Positions 29,114-39,404 of a stretch of DNA of 64,000 bases are shown here, piece by piece. Position numbers and translations under genes: made by a program. The notes below the pieces were generated by a model. That model saw nothing but the letters and a program-made list of their open reading frames with translations, was not told where the DNA came from and made no database searches. The stretch's first letter is position 1, and every line of letters begins with the position of its first letter. This DNA is from Comamonas sp. (GTDB lineage: Bacteria; Pseudomonadota; Gammaproteobacteria; Burkholderiales; Burkholderiaceae_C). Where the stretch lies: positions 7,256 to 71,255 of the forward strand of contig JAITLR010000010.1 in assembly GCA_031277805.1 (NCBI GenBank), read 5' to 3'.

Positions 29114-29286
29114 AACCTTGTCGCCTCATCCGCAGGGCTTGCGCCATATCAAAATCGGCCGCATTGCTGAAGTCACAGCTGTCTAACGTCGCCTGTGCGC
29201 GACACTGCCGTACTCATCCTCATCTGCTCCGGGTGCGGCCTTGCCCAACATGGATGCACAACATTCATGACAGCGGGAGGAGACCC

Positions 29287-30432
29287 ATGCATTCGCCAAA
29301 CTCACAACAACTGCGACGCGCACTGCCGCAGGCGCTGGCCTTGAGCGCCGCACTGAGCCTGGGCGCAGCCTCGGCACAGGAGTCCATCATCATAGGCGCC
29401 AGCCTGCCCCTCAGCGGTTCCCAGGCAGCCGCAGGCAAGGAAGGTCAGGCCATCATGCAGGCCCAGATCGACGCCTTCAACCGAGAAGGCGGCGTGGGCG
29501 GGCGCAAGCTGTCCCTCAAGCTGCTGGACGATGGCTACGACCCTCAGCGCGCCGCGGCCAACGCACGGGCACTGGCGGAGCAAGGCGCGGTCGCCCTGCT
29601 CAACTGCTGGGGTACCGCCAGTTGCGCAGCCATGCAACCCGAGCTGGAGCGCGGCCAGACACCGCTGGTCGGCGCCATTGCCGGTGCCGGCCCGCTGCGC
29701 CAGCAGCCCGGCCGCCTGGTCTATCCGCTGCGCGCCAGCACCCGGGGCGAGATCAATGCCATGCTGCAACAGATCCAGACCCTGGGGCAGTCCCGCATCG
29801 CCATCGTCTATCAACAAGACAGCTTCGGCCAAAGCAGCCTGGACGTGGCCCACGCCGTGCTCAAGGAGCGCGGCATGAGCACAGCACTGGAGCTGGCCGT
29901 CGATGCTTCGGGCAGCAATGCGCAGGCCGCCGTGCAGCAGCTGGTGCAGGCCGATCCTGCCGTACAGGCCATCATCGTGCTCGCCGGTGCCTCGGCCACC
30001 ATCCATCTGGTGACGCAGGCACGCCAGGCGCAGCTGCAGCAGGCCATCTACAACCTGGCGGCCCAGGCCAACCAGGCCGTCGTCAAAGGTCTGGGCAGTC
30101 ACACCCGGGGCATTGTCTTCACCACCCTGGTACCCAGCCCCTGGCGAACCTCGGTACCTGCCGTCAAGTCCTACCAGCAGCTGCTGAGCGCCAGCGGCAC
30201 GCCACAGCCCTCCTATCTGGGCCTGGAGGTGTTCATCAACACCCAGGCGCTGCTGGACGGCCTGCGCAAGGCCGGCCCCGGAGTGCAGCGCAGCAATCTG
30301 CCAGCGGCGCTGGAGGCATTGGGCGAGCTGCGCTACGGCCATATGCAGGTGCGCCTGGCGGCCCCCGCGCGCACGGGCTCCAGCTATGTGGGCCTGGCCA
30401 TGATCGACCAGTCCGGCCAGTTCCGCGAATAA
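29287..30432 (+). CDS. LivJ-type (PBP1) periplasmic ligand-binding protein
   Basis: Signal peptide; IIGASLPLSG, LDDGYDP and TLVPSPW motifs; GGAGGAG RBS. Confidence 0.88.
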   Translation: MHSPNSQQLRRALPQALALSAALSLGAASAQESIIIGASLPLSGSQAAAGKEGQAIMQAQIDAFNREGGVGGRKLSLKLLDDGYDPQRAAANARALAEQGAVALLNCWGTASCAAMQPELERGQTPLVGAIAGAGPLRQQPGRLVYPLRASTRGEINAMLQQIQTLGQSRIAIVYQQDSFGQSSLDVAHAVLKERGMSTALELAVDASGSNAQAAVQQLVQADPAVQAIIVLAGASATIHLVTQARQAQLQQAIYNLAAQANQAVVKGLGSHTRGIVFTTLVPSPWRTSVPAVKSYQQLLSASGTPQPSYLGLEVFINTQALLDGLRKAGPGVQRSNLPAALEALGELRYGHMQVRLAAPARTGSSYVGLAMIDQSGQFRE

Positions 30433-30589
30433 AACCGAACACCTGCCAGGCAGGCCGCGGAGCATGGATTGCCGCCCCTGAAAAGGCTAAGCAATCTAAC
30501 CCTAACACTCTGTTGCGACTTAGGCAGGCCAGACCGCATGCGGTGGCAGCATGGGCTTCACCCTATAAGAACACCAGAGGGAGGAGACC

Positions 30590-31738
30590 ATGCAACATTC
30601 ACAACAGCCGCTCCGCGCGGTATTCACAGGGGCCGTACTGGCCCTGACCACCGCTTTCGCAGGCAACGCCACCGCACAAAGCAACACCGGCCCCATCATC
30701 ATCGGCACCAGCCTGCCTCTCACCGGCCCTCACGCCAGCACCGGCAAGGAGCTACTGAGCATCATGCAAAGCTATGTGCAGCGCAGCAACCAGCAGGGAG
30801 GCATCGCCGGGCGCAATCTGCAACTGGTCGCGCTGGACGATCACTTCAGTGCGTCGCAGACCGAGCTCAATGCGCGCCGTCTGGTGGAAAACGGCGCCGT
30901 GGCCCTGCTCAACTGCCTGGGCACCAGCAGTTGCAACGCCATGCTGCCCACGCTGCAGTCCAGCCACACACCGCTGGTCGGCGCCATGGCCGGCAGCGGC
31001 CTGCTGCGCGAATCTTCGGCGCGCTATGTGTTCAATCTGCGCGCGTCGACCGAGAGTGAAATCTCGGCCATGGTGCAGCAGATCCAGTCCGTGGGGCAAA
31101 GCCGCATCGCACTGGTCTACCAGAGCGATGAATTCGGCCGCAGCAGCCTGCAGACCGCCCACAACGCCTTTCGCGCGGCCAAGCTCACGCCCGTCAGCGA
31201 GCTGGCCCTGGAGGCCGACGGCCGCAACGCCGCAGAGCTGGGCAAGACACTGTCGTCGCTGGACAACCTGCATGGCGTGATCGTGCTGGCATCGGCCCCG
31301 GCCACCACCGCCCTCATCACCCAGTCGCGCAAGCAGCAGGTTGGCGTGCAGTTCTACAACCTCGCGGGCCAGGCCAACCAGGCACTGGTGCAGGGCCTGG
31401 GCGAGCACACGCGCGGCGTGGTGTTTGCCACGCTGGTGCCCAGCCCCTGGAAGGCCGCCATTCCCGCTGTCAAGAACTATCAGCAATTGCTGAGCAGCCC
31501 CGGCCAGCCCCACCCCTCCTATCTGGGCCTTGAGGCCTACCTCAACATCCACACACTGGTGGAAGGCCTGCGCAAGGCCGGTGCCGATGCCAACCGCGCC
31601 AAACTGGTCAGCGCGCTCGACAGCCTGGGCGATATGCAATACGGCCCCATGCGCGTGCGCTTTGCCCAGGGCCGGCATCAGGGCTCGGGCTATGTAGGAC
31701 TGGCCATGCTCAACCAGCAGGGTGGATTTATCGAGTGA
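30590..31738 (+). CDS. LivJ-type (PBP1) ligand-binding protein, tandem paralog
   Basis: Shares GAVALLNC, NLA-QANQA, TLVPSPW, PSYLGLE and GS-YVGLAM with the preceding gene. Confidence 0.9.
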   Translation: MQHSQQPLRAVFTGAVLALTTAFAGNATAQSNTGPIIIGTSLPLTGPHASTGKELLSIMQSYVQRSNQQGGIAGRNLQLVALDDHFSASQTELNARRLVENGAVALLNCLGTSSCNAMLPTLQSSHTPLVGAMAGSGLLRESSARYVFNLRASTESEISAMVQQIQSVGQSRIALVYQSDEFGRSSLQTAHNAFRAAKLTPVSELALEADGRNAAELGKTLSSLDNLHGVIVLASAPATTALITQSRKQQVGVQFYNLAGQANQALVQGLGEHTRGVVFATLVPSPWKAAIPAVKNYQQLLSSPGQPHPSYLGLEAYLNIHTLVEGLRKAGADANRAKLVSALDSLGDMQYGPMRVRFAQGRHQGSGYVGLAMLNQQGGFIE

Positions 31739-31792
31739 ATAAAGGCTAAAGCCCAGTATGGGAAAGCGGTTGCAGCTATCAAAATCACAGAC
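31736..31792 (+). repeat. GCTATC-family repeat
   Basis: TGAATAAAGGCTAAAGCCCAGTATGGGAAAGCGGTTGCAGCTATCAAAATCACAGAC. Confidence 0.65.
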
Positions 31793-31867
31793 TGCGCAAC
31801 CGCTTTTCAAACAGCGCTGCAATAAAACTCACGCCACAGGGCGGGAGCATCCTCTACATTTGCAGGC

Positions 31868-33415
31868 ATGACATCCGCCAGCCTTTTTACCGATACCGTC
31901 CACCGCAGTACCGAGGCCGCCAATGCCGCGCACCGCCAACCGGAGCTGTCAGAACGCGCCCGGCGTCAGGCGGAAGTACTGGCCTCACTGCGCCCCCATG
32001 TCCCCGCGCATGCACTGCTCTACCAGAGTGAAGACACCACGCCCTATGAGTGCGACGGCCTGACGGCCTACCGCCAGCGCCCACTGCTGGTCTGCCTGCC
32101 CGAGACCGAGAACCAAGTGCAGGCCGTGCTCAAAGCCTGCCACGCCATTGGCGCGCCCGTCATTGCGCGCGGTGCGGGCACGGGCCTGTCGGGCGGCGCC
32201 ATGCCCCACCCCATGGGCGTGACGCTATCGCTTGCCAAGTTCAACAAGATCCTCAAGGTCGATGCCTACAGCCGTACAGCCCTGGTGCAGTGCGGCGTGC
32301 GCAACCTCGCCATCAGCGAAGCCGCTGCCCCCTACGGTCTGTACTATGCGCCCGACCCCAGCAGCCAGATCGCCTGCACGATCGGCGGCAACGTGGCCGA
32401 GAACTCGGGCGGCGTGCACTGCCTCAAGTACGGCCTGACGGTGCACAACGTGCTCAAGGTCAAGGGCTTCACCATCGAAGGCGATCCCGTGGAATTCGGC
32501 TCCGATGCGCTCGATACACCGAGCCTGGACCTGCTGGCCATCATGATAGGCAGCGAAGGCATGCTGGCCGTGGTCACCGAAGTCACCGTCAAGCTCATCC
32601 CCAAGCCCCAGCTGGCGCGCTGCATCATGGCCAGCTTCGACGATGTGCGCAAGGCTGGCGATGCGGTGGCCGCAGTGATCGCCGCCGGCATCATTCCTGC
32701 CGGCCTGGAGATGATGGACAAGCCCATGACGGCCGCTGTCGAGGACTTTGTCAGAGCCGGCTACGACCTCACGGCCGAAGCCATTTTGCTGTGTGAATCC
32801 GACGGCACGCCCGAGGAGGTCGAGGAAGAAATCACCCGCATGAGCGAGGTGCTGCGCAATGCCGGCGCCACGGCCATCACCGTCAGCGAAAGCGAGGAGG
32901 AGCGCCTGCGCTTCTGGAGCGGACGCAAGAACGCCTTCCCCGCCAGCGGCCGCATCAGCCCCGACTATATGTGCATGGACTCCACCATTCCGCGCAAGCG
33001 CCTGGCCGACATTCTGCAGGCCATTCAGGAGATGGAGAAAAAGTACGAACTGCGCTGCGCCAACGTCTTCCACGCGGGTGACGGCAATCTGCACCCGCTG
33101 ATCCTGTTCGATGCCAATGATGCCGACGAGCTGCACCGCTGCGAGCTGTTCGGCGCCGACATCCTGGAAACCAGCGTGGCCATGGGCGGAACGGTGACCG
33201 GAGAACATGGCGTGGGCGTGGAAAAGCTCAACAGCATGTGCACCCAGTTCAGCACCGAGGAAAACGCCCAGATGCTTGCGCTCAAGGCCGCATTTGACTC
33301 GCAATCCCTGCTCAATCCCGGCAAGGTGATTCCCACACTCAACCGCTGCGCCGAATACGGCAAGATGCTGGTGCGCGGCGGGCAGATTGCCCATCCCGAT
33401 CTGCCGCGGTTTTAA
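31868..33415 (+). CDS. glcD: Glycolate oxidase FAD-linked subunit
   Basis: RGAGTGLSGGA, YAPDPSSQIACTIGGN, GSEGML, HAGDGNLHP and GEHGVG motifs. Confidence 0.9.
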   Translation: MTSASLFTDTVHRSTEAANAAHRQPELSERARRQAEVLASLRPHVPAHALLYQSEDTTPYECDGLTAYRQRPLLVCLPETENQVQAVLKACHAIGAPVIARGAGTGLSGGAMPHPMGVTLSLAKFNKILKVDAYSRTALVQCGVRNLAISEAAAPYGLYYAPDPSSQIACTIGGNVAENSGGVHCLKYGLTVHNVLKVKGFTIEGDPVEFGSDALDTPSLDLLAIMIGSEGMLAVVTEVTVKLIPKPQLARCIMASFDDVRKAGDAVAAVIAAGIIPAGLEMMDKPMTAAVEDFVRAGYDLTAEAILLCESDGTPEEVEEEITRMSEVLRNAGATAITVSESEEERLRFWSGRKNAFPASGRISPDYMCMDSTIPRKRLADILQAIQEMEKKYELRCANVFHAGDGNLHPLILFDANDADELHRCELFGADILETSVAMGGTVTGEHGVGVEKLNSMCTQFSTEENAQMLALKAAFDSQSLLNPGKVIPTLNRCAEYGKMLVRGGQIAHPDLPRF

Positions 33416-33465
33416 CCGCATCTCATGGCAAGATCACGGCTCCCAATGCATTTGCGGAGCCGTTG

Positions 33466-34737
33466 ATGATTTCTCCCATCGCCAAGCTAGGGCTGCTCCT
33501 GGCGGCCCCCATGTTGCTGGCTCTGGCCAGTCCTCAGCCCGCCCAGGCGCGTGGCTATACCGCCACCGGCCAATGCGGGGCCTATCCCCGCCTGGCCATC
33601 ACCAGCCCTGCGGGTACCTGCGTGGGTCTGATCGCCGACGAGGCCCATGGCCTGCACTTTCCCAGGCGTGTGCTGGAAATTTCTCCGGGCCGCATCTGGG
33701 TGCTGGACATGGGCAACTGGATGCCTCATGTGGGCAAGCTGATCGAGCTGCGCCTGCCGCCCGATGCCGCCACACCCGCCAATGCCAGCACCACCGCCAA
33801 GGCCGTGGAAGCCAAGGTGCTGCTGGACAAGCTTCACTACCCATCGGGCATGGTGCACGGACCGGACGGCAAGGTCTATATCGGCGAGGCTGACAAGATC
33901 TGGCGCGCCACGATACCTGCGCTGGGCCAGTCGCCCCAGCCCGAAACGCTAGCGGGCAACCTGCCCGGCGATGGCGCCCATATGCTCAAGGAACTGAGCT
34001 TTGCACCCGATGGCAGCCTGTACGTGAACATGGGCAGCTTCAGCGACAGCTGCCGTGGCGATGACCAGAAACAGCCCATGCCCTGCCCCGAGCGCGCAGG
34101 CGCCATGCCCCGCGCCGCCGTCTGGCGCATGGTGCTGCAATCGGGCAGCAATCCGGTCAAGGAATTCAAGCCTTTTGCCACGGGCCTGCGCAACTCCATG
34201 GCACTGGCCGTCATGCCCGACGGACCGGCGGCAGGCACGGTCTGGCAAGGTGAAAACAATATCGACTACCGCGACCCCAAGCAGCCGCCCGAAGAGCTGA
34301 ACCTGCTGCGCGCTGGCGCCGACTATGGCTGGCCATACTGCGTGGGCGCACGCCAGAGTGCCCAGGGCTATGAAAAGCGTTTTGACTGCAGCAAGACCGA
34401 AGCCCCGCATATGCTCTGGCCCGCCCATGTGGCGCCGCTGCAGATGCTGGCCACACCTGCCAGCAGCGCCTATGGCGGCCAGTTGCTGGTAGCCTGGCAT
34501 GGGCCGGGCGCGGGCGGCCAGCGCATCGTGGGCTTTGCACGCGACGCCAAGGGCCGGCCCACGGGCGCGCCCATCAACTGGCTCAGCGGCTGGGACAGCA
34601 AGGCCGGCCTGCGCCCGCGCGGCCGGCCTACGGGCATGTCCATGGATCACGCGGGCCGCCTGCTGGTGGTCGAGGACTTCAACCGCAACCTGCTGATGCT
34701 GATGAGCGAAACCGGCGGCGCACCCAAGCCGCGCTAG
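33466..34737 (+). CDS. Exported glucose/sorbosone dehydrogenase-like beta-propeller
   Basis: Signal peptide; FAPDGSLYVNMGS, ATGLRNS, PPEELN, DYGWPYC and PAHVAP motifs. Confidence 0.82.
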   Translation: MISPIAKLGLLLAAPMLLALASPQPAQARGYTATGQCGAYPRLAITSPAGTCVGLIADEAHGLHFPRRVLEISPGRIWVLDMGNWMPHVGKLIELRLPPDAATPANASTTAKAVEAKVLLDKLHYPSGMVHGPDGKVYIGEADKIWRATIPALGQSPQPETLAGNLPGDGAHMLKELSFAPDGSLYVNMGSFSDSCRGDDQKQPMPCPERAGAMPRAAVWRMVLQSGSNPVKEFKPFATGLRNSMALAVMPDGPAAGTVWQGENNIDYRDPKQPPEELNLLRAGADYGWPYCVGARQSAQGYEKRFDCSKTEAPHMLWPAHVAPLQMLATPASSAYGGQLLVAWHGPGAGGQRIVGFARDAKGRPTGAPINWLSGWDSKAGLRPRGRPTGMSMDHAGRLLVVEDFNRNLLMLMSETGGAPKPR

Positions 34738-34751
34738 CCCCGCTCACCTCA

Positions 34752-36071
34752 TCAGGCCAGCAGTTCGCGCCCGCGCGCCAGAAAGCGCGCGTACTCCTCA
34801 TCGGGAACAAACAGCCCGCCCGTGGTCCAGACGATATGCGTAGCGTGCTGCATATGCGGCAGCAGATTCTGCCGCTGCAGATAGTCCTGGCCCGCCACGC
34901 TTTCCAGCAAGGCACGCGGGCCGCTGAAACCGGCAGCCGCCGAAGGCTCGATCTGCAGGCCCTCGGCTTGCTGCAGCAGCGCCAGATGACGGAACAGCGT
35001 CTCGTCCTCCACGGTAAACACGCCAGCCAGAAAGCCGCGCACCACATCGGCTGCCAGCTCGGAGGCTGTAGGTACGGCCAGGCCATCGGCCTCGGTCTGG
35101 TTGTTCAGGCCCAGCTCATAGACCGATGGATGCTGTGTCGTGCCTGGCAAGGCCACAGCCCCGGCCAACATTTCCACCATGAAGCAGGGCGACTGCACGG
35201 GTTCGGCAAAAAAGCAATGCACATGCGGGCCGAAAAACTGCTGCAAGCCCAGGGCCACACCACCGGGCGCACCGCCCACACCGCAGGGAATATAGACAAA
35301 CAAAGGATGTTTTTCATCGACAACGCGCTTGTGCTCTGCGAGTTGCGCTACCAGATAGGGAGCAGACGCCGCGTAACCGAGCAGCAGGGACAGCGAATGC
35401 TCGTCATCCACAAAGTGACAATGCGGGTCCTGCTCTGCCAGGGCGCGGCCTGCCGCCACGGCCTGGGCATAGTCGCCCTCATGCTCGACAACCTGAACAC
35501 CGCGCGCGCGCAGGCGCTGCTTTTTCCACTCTTTGGCATCGGCCGACATATGGACCGCGGCCTTGAAGCCCAGGGCCGAGGCCATGACGCCGATCGACAA
35601 CCCCAGATTGCCGGTGGAACCCACGGCCACCTGATACTGGGCGAACACCGCACGTGCCTGCTCTGAAGCCAGTTGGGCATAGTCGCCGCCGGCCAGCAGG
35701 CCATGCTGCTGTGCCACCTGCTCTGCGTATTCCAGCACCTCATGCACGCCCCCGCGCGCCTTGACCGAGCCAGCCACGGGCAGGCTGTGATCGGCCTTGA
35801 CCCACAACTGCCCCATGGCTGGCGGCAAACCCAGCGCCCGCTGCATCGCGGGCACGGCCAGCAAGGGCGACTCGATACGGCCATCCGAAGCCTGCAATTC
35901 AGGAAACAGTATTTGCAGCAGCGGAGCAAAGCGTTTGAGCCTATCCACCGCCTGCTGCACCTGGGCTGCCTCCAGATGCAGCGTAGAGTGGCAGTCAGCA
36001 CCGCGTCCACCCCAGAATGCGGGACGCGCCTGGCGCAGGGACTCGACGATCTGGGCTTCAGTACTTGGCAT
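34752..36071 (-). CDS. dsdA: D-serine ammonia-lyase
   Basis: [12 protein letters not shown] (PLP lysine), [30 protein letters not shown] and WTTGG motifs. Confidence 0.93.
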   Translation of the reverse strand: MPSTEAQIVESLRQARPAFWGGRGADCHSTLHLEAAQVQQAVDRLKRFAPLLQILFPELQASDGRIESPLLAVPAMQRALGLPPAMGQLWVKADHSLPVAGSVKARGGVHEVLEYAEQVAQQHGLLAGGDYAQLASEQARAVFAQYQVAVGSTGNLGLSIGVMASALGFKAAVHMSADAKEWKKQRLRARGVQVVEHEGDYAQAVAAGRALAEQDPHCHFVDDEHSLSLLLGYAASAPYLVAQLAEHKRVVDEKHPLFVYIPCGVGGAPGGVALGLQQFFGPHVHCFFAEPVQSPCFMVEMLAGAVALPGTTQHPSVYELGLNNQTEADGLAVPTASELAADVVRGFLAGVFTVEDETLFRHLALLQQAEGLQIEPSAAAGFSGPRALLESVAGQDYLQRQNLLPHMQHATHIVWTTGGLFVPDEEYARFLARGRELLA

Positions 36072-36258
36072 GATGGCGGAGATTCAGATAAGCGGCCTGC
36101 ATGGTAGCCGCCCTCTCAAACACACATCACGAAACCTGCATTTCTTCAGGCGGCGAATAACCGGCCGGGCCCGAGAAGGAAAGACTTCAACGTTCCGGTG
36201 ATTGCCGCCTTGCAAAGCAAGGTGCAGGGGCATCTCCAGGCCCTCTGCCCCTGCACCA

Positions 36259-39200
36259 TCAGGCCTGCTCTGCCTCGCGCCGGTAGCCCAGGCGATACAG
36301 CAGCGGCAGCACCAGCAGAGTCAATACAGTGGACGAGAGAATGCCGCCGATCACCACCGTGGCCAGCGGACGCTGTACCTCGGCACCCGTGCCGGTGGCA
36401 ATCGCCATGGGCACGAAGCCCAGCGAAGCCACCAGCGCCGTCATCAGCACCGGGCGCAAGCGCGTCAGGGCACCTTCGGTCACGGCCTGCTCCAGCCCCA
36501 TGCCCTGCTCACGCAACGAACGGATATAGGAAATCATCACCAGGCCGTTGAGCACCGCCACGCCGCACAGCGCAATAAAACCGATGGCCGCCGAGATGGA
36601 CAGGGGAATGCCGCGCAGCCACAGTGCAACGATGCCGCCCGTCAATGCAAACGGAATGCCGGTAAAGACGATCAAGCCATCCTTGACGTTGCCGAACATG
36701 GCGAACAGCAATGTGAACACCAGCGTCAGCGCCACGGGCACCACGATCATCAGGCGCTGGCGTGCGGACTCCAGGCTCTCGAAGGTACCGCCCCAGCGCG
36801 TCCAGTAGCCCGATGGCAGCTGCACGCCCTCCAGCTCCTGCTGGGCCTGGGCCACGAACGAGCCCATATCGCGTCCTCGCACATTGGCGCTGACAACAAT
36901 GCGGCGCTTGCCGTCTTCGCGGCTGACCTGGTTGGGACCCGGCGCCAGCTCCACCGTGGCAATGGTGGACAGCGGCACAAATCCCTGACGCCCTTCGCCC
37001 ACGCGGGGCAGCGCCACCGGCAGGCGGCCGATGCCGTCCATATCGTTGCGCAGCGCTTCGGGCAGACGCACCTGGATATCAAAGCGGCGGTCGCCTTCAA
37101 ACACCTTCCCAGCCTCACGCCCCCCCAGCGCAGTGCTGATGGCATCCTGCACATCGCCCATGTTCAAACCGTAGCGCGACGCTTTTTCACGGTCGATCTG
37201 AATCGTCAACATGGGCAGGCCCGTGGTCTGCTCGACCTTGACTTCCGACGCTCCGGGAATCTTCTGCAGCATGGCGGCCACGCTTTGCGCGGACTTCTCC
37301 AACTGCTGCATATCGTCGCCAAAGATCTTGATGGCCACATCGCTGCGCACACCTGAAATCAGCTCGTTGAAGCGCAGCTGGATCGGCTGCGAGAACTCGT
37401 AGTTGCTACCGGGAATCTTCGCTACCGCTTGCTGCACCGCAGCCAGCAGATCATCACGCGAGCGCGAGGGATCGGGCCACTGCTCACGCGGTTTGAGCAT
37501 GATGTAGCCATCCGAGATATTGGGCGGCATGGGGTCCGAGGCAATCTCGGCCGTGCCGGTACGTGCAAACACTCGCTCGATCTCGGGAAACTGCCTGACC
37601 AGCTCGCGCTCCATCTGTATCTGCATTTCCACCGACTGCGTGAGGCTGGTGCCGGGGATACGCAGCGCCTGAATCGCAAAGTCGCCCTCGTTCAGATTGG
37701 GCGCAAATTCACTGCCCATACGGGTTGCCAGCAACAGGCTCAGTGCCACGACCACGCTGGCCGCCGTCAGCACCACGGCAGGCGCATGCAGACACTTGTC
37801 CAGCACAGGCGCATAAGCATCGCGCGCCCAGGTCATGAGACGGTTTTCCTTCTCGGACACCTTGTCGCCCATGAACATGGCAATCGCGGCCGGAATAAAG
37901 GTCATCGACAGCAGCATGGCGCCCAGCAGCGCAATCACCACCGTCAGTGCCATGGGGTGGAACATCTTCCCTTCCACTCCGGTGAGCGCGAAGATGGGCA
38001 GATAGACCACCATGATGATGAGCTGGCCGAACAGCAGCGGACGGCGCGCTTCCCTGGCTGCCGCAAACACCTCCTCGAAGCGCTCGCTGCGCGTCAGCGG
38101 CCGGCCTGCCGCCGCCTGCGCATGGGACAGACGCCTCACGCAGTTCTCCACAATCACCACCGCGCCGTCGATGATGATGCCGAAGTCCAGCGCGCCCAGG
38201 CTCATCAGATTGGCACTGACGCGCATATGCACCATGCCGGTAAAGGTGAACAGCATGGACAGCGGAATGATGAGAGCCGTGATCAGCGCAGCCCGCAGAT
38301 TGCCCAGGAACAGGAACAGGATCACCACCACCAGCGCGGCGCCCTCCACCAGGTTCTTCTTCACGGTGGCAATGGCCTTGTCCACCAGATTGGTGCGGTC
38401 GTAGACGGTGACTGCCTTCACGCCTGCCGGCAGGTTTTTGTTGATCTCCTGCATGCGCGCATGCACGGCCTGCGACACCGCGCGGCTGTTCTCGCCGATC
38501 AGCATGAAGACCGTGCCCAGTACCACTTCACGCCCGTTGTCCGTGGCCGCGCCAGTGCGCAGCTCGCGGCCCAGCTCCACATTTGCCAGATCACGCACGC
38601 GAATCGGCTGGCCCTGAGCCGTGCCGACGATGACTTCACGGATGTCGGCAATGCCGTGCACCTGGCCGGGAGCTCGGATCAGATACTGTTCGCCCTGGCG
38701 TTCGATATAGCCTGCACCGACATTGGCGTTGTTGCGCTCCAGTGCCGTCACGATCTCCGCCAGGGTGATGCCATAGGCGGCCAGCTTTTCGGGCTGCGGC
38801 GCCACCAGATACTCCTTGGCAAAGCCGCCAATGGAGTTGATCTCCGTCACGCCCGGCACGTTGCGCAACTGGGGCTTGATGACCCAGTCCTGAATCTCGC
38901 GCAGGTCCATGGGCGTATAGGCCGAACCATCGGGCTTTTTCGCGCCTTCATCGGTTTCCACCGTCCACAGATAGATCTCGCCGAGACCTGTGGAAATCGG
39001 GCCCAGCGTGGGTGTCACGCCTTGCGGCAGCGCATCGCGCGCCTGCTGCATGCGCTCATTGACCAGCTGGCGCGCGAAGTAGATGTCCGTACCGTCCTTG
39101 AACACCACGGTGACCTGCGACAAGCCATAGCGCGACAGCGAACGCGTCTGTTCCAGATTGGGCAGGCCGGCCATCACGGTCTCGACCGGAAAGGTCACGC

Positions 39201-39390
39201 GCTGCTCGGTTTCCAGCGGCGAGTAGCCGGGCGCCGAGGTATTGATCTGCACCTGCACATTGGTGATGTCGGGCACCGCATCAATGGGCAGGCGCTGGTA
39301 GTTGTAGATGCCAAGGCCTATCAGCGCGATGGTGGCCAGCATGACCAGCCAGCGCTGTGCAATGGCAAAACGGATGATGCGCTCAAACAT
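36259..39390 (-). CDS. czcA: Heavy-metal efflux RND permease, CzcA/CusA family
   Basis: 1043 aa with LPIDAVPDITNVQVQ, ALDFGIIIDGAVVIVEN and RLRPVLMTA motifs. Confidence 0.95.
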   Translation of the reverse strand: MFERIIRFAIAQRWLVMLATIALIGLGIYNYQRLPIDAVPDITNVQVQINTSAPGYSPLETEQRVTFPVETVMAGLPNLEQTRSLSRYGLSQVTVVFKDGTDIYFARQLVNERMQQARDALPQGVTPTLGPISTGLGEIYLWTVETDEGAKKPDGSAYTPMDLREIQDWVIKPQLRNVPGVTEINSIGGFAKEYLVAPQPEKLAAYGITLAEIVTALERNNANVGAGYIERQGEQYLIRAPGQVHGIADIREVIVGTAQGQPIRVRDLANVELGRELRTGAATDNGREVVLGTVFMLIGENSRAVSQAVHARMQEINKNLPAGVKAVTVYDRTNLVDKAIATVKKNLVEGAALVVVILFLFLGNLRAALITALIIPLSMLFTFTGMVHMRVSANLMSLGALDFGIIIDGAVVIVENCVRRLSHAQAAAGRPLTRSERFEEVFAAAREARRPLLFGQLIIMVVYLPIFALTGVEGKMFHPMALTVVIALLGAMLLSMTFIPAAIAMFMGDKVSEKENRLMTWARDAYAPVLDKCLHAPAVVLTAASVVVALSLLLATRMGSEFAPNLNEGDFAIQALRIPGTSLTQSVEMQIQMERELVRQFPEIERVFARTGTAEIASDPMPPNISDGYIMLKPREQWPDPSRSRDDLLAAVQQAVAKIPGSNYEFSQPIQLRFNELISGVRSDVAIKIFGDDMQQLEKSAQSVAAMLQKIPGASEVKVEQTTGLPMLTIQIDREKASRYGLNMGDVQDAISTALGGREAGKVFEGDRRFDIQVRLPEALRNDMDGIGRLPVALPRVGEGRQGFVPLSTIATVELAPGPNQVSREDGKRRIVVSANVRGRDMGSFVAQAQQELEGVQLPSGYWTRWGGTFESLESARQRLMIVVPVALTLVFTLLFAMFGNVKDGLIVFTGIPFALTGGIVALWLRGIPLSISAAIGFIALCGVAVLNGLVMISYIRSLREQGMGLEQAVTEGALTRLRPVLMTALVASLGFVPMAIATGTGAEVQRPLATVVIGGILSSTVLTLLVLPLLYRLGYRREAEQA

Positions 39391-39404
39391 GGGGCTTCAT
39401 CCTC

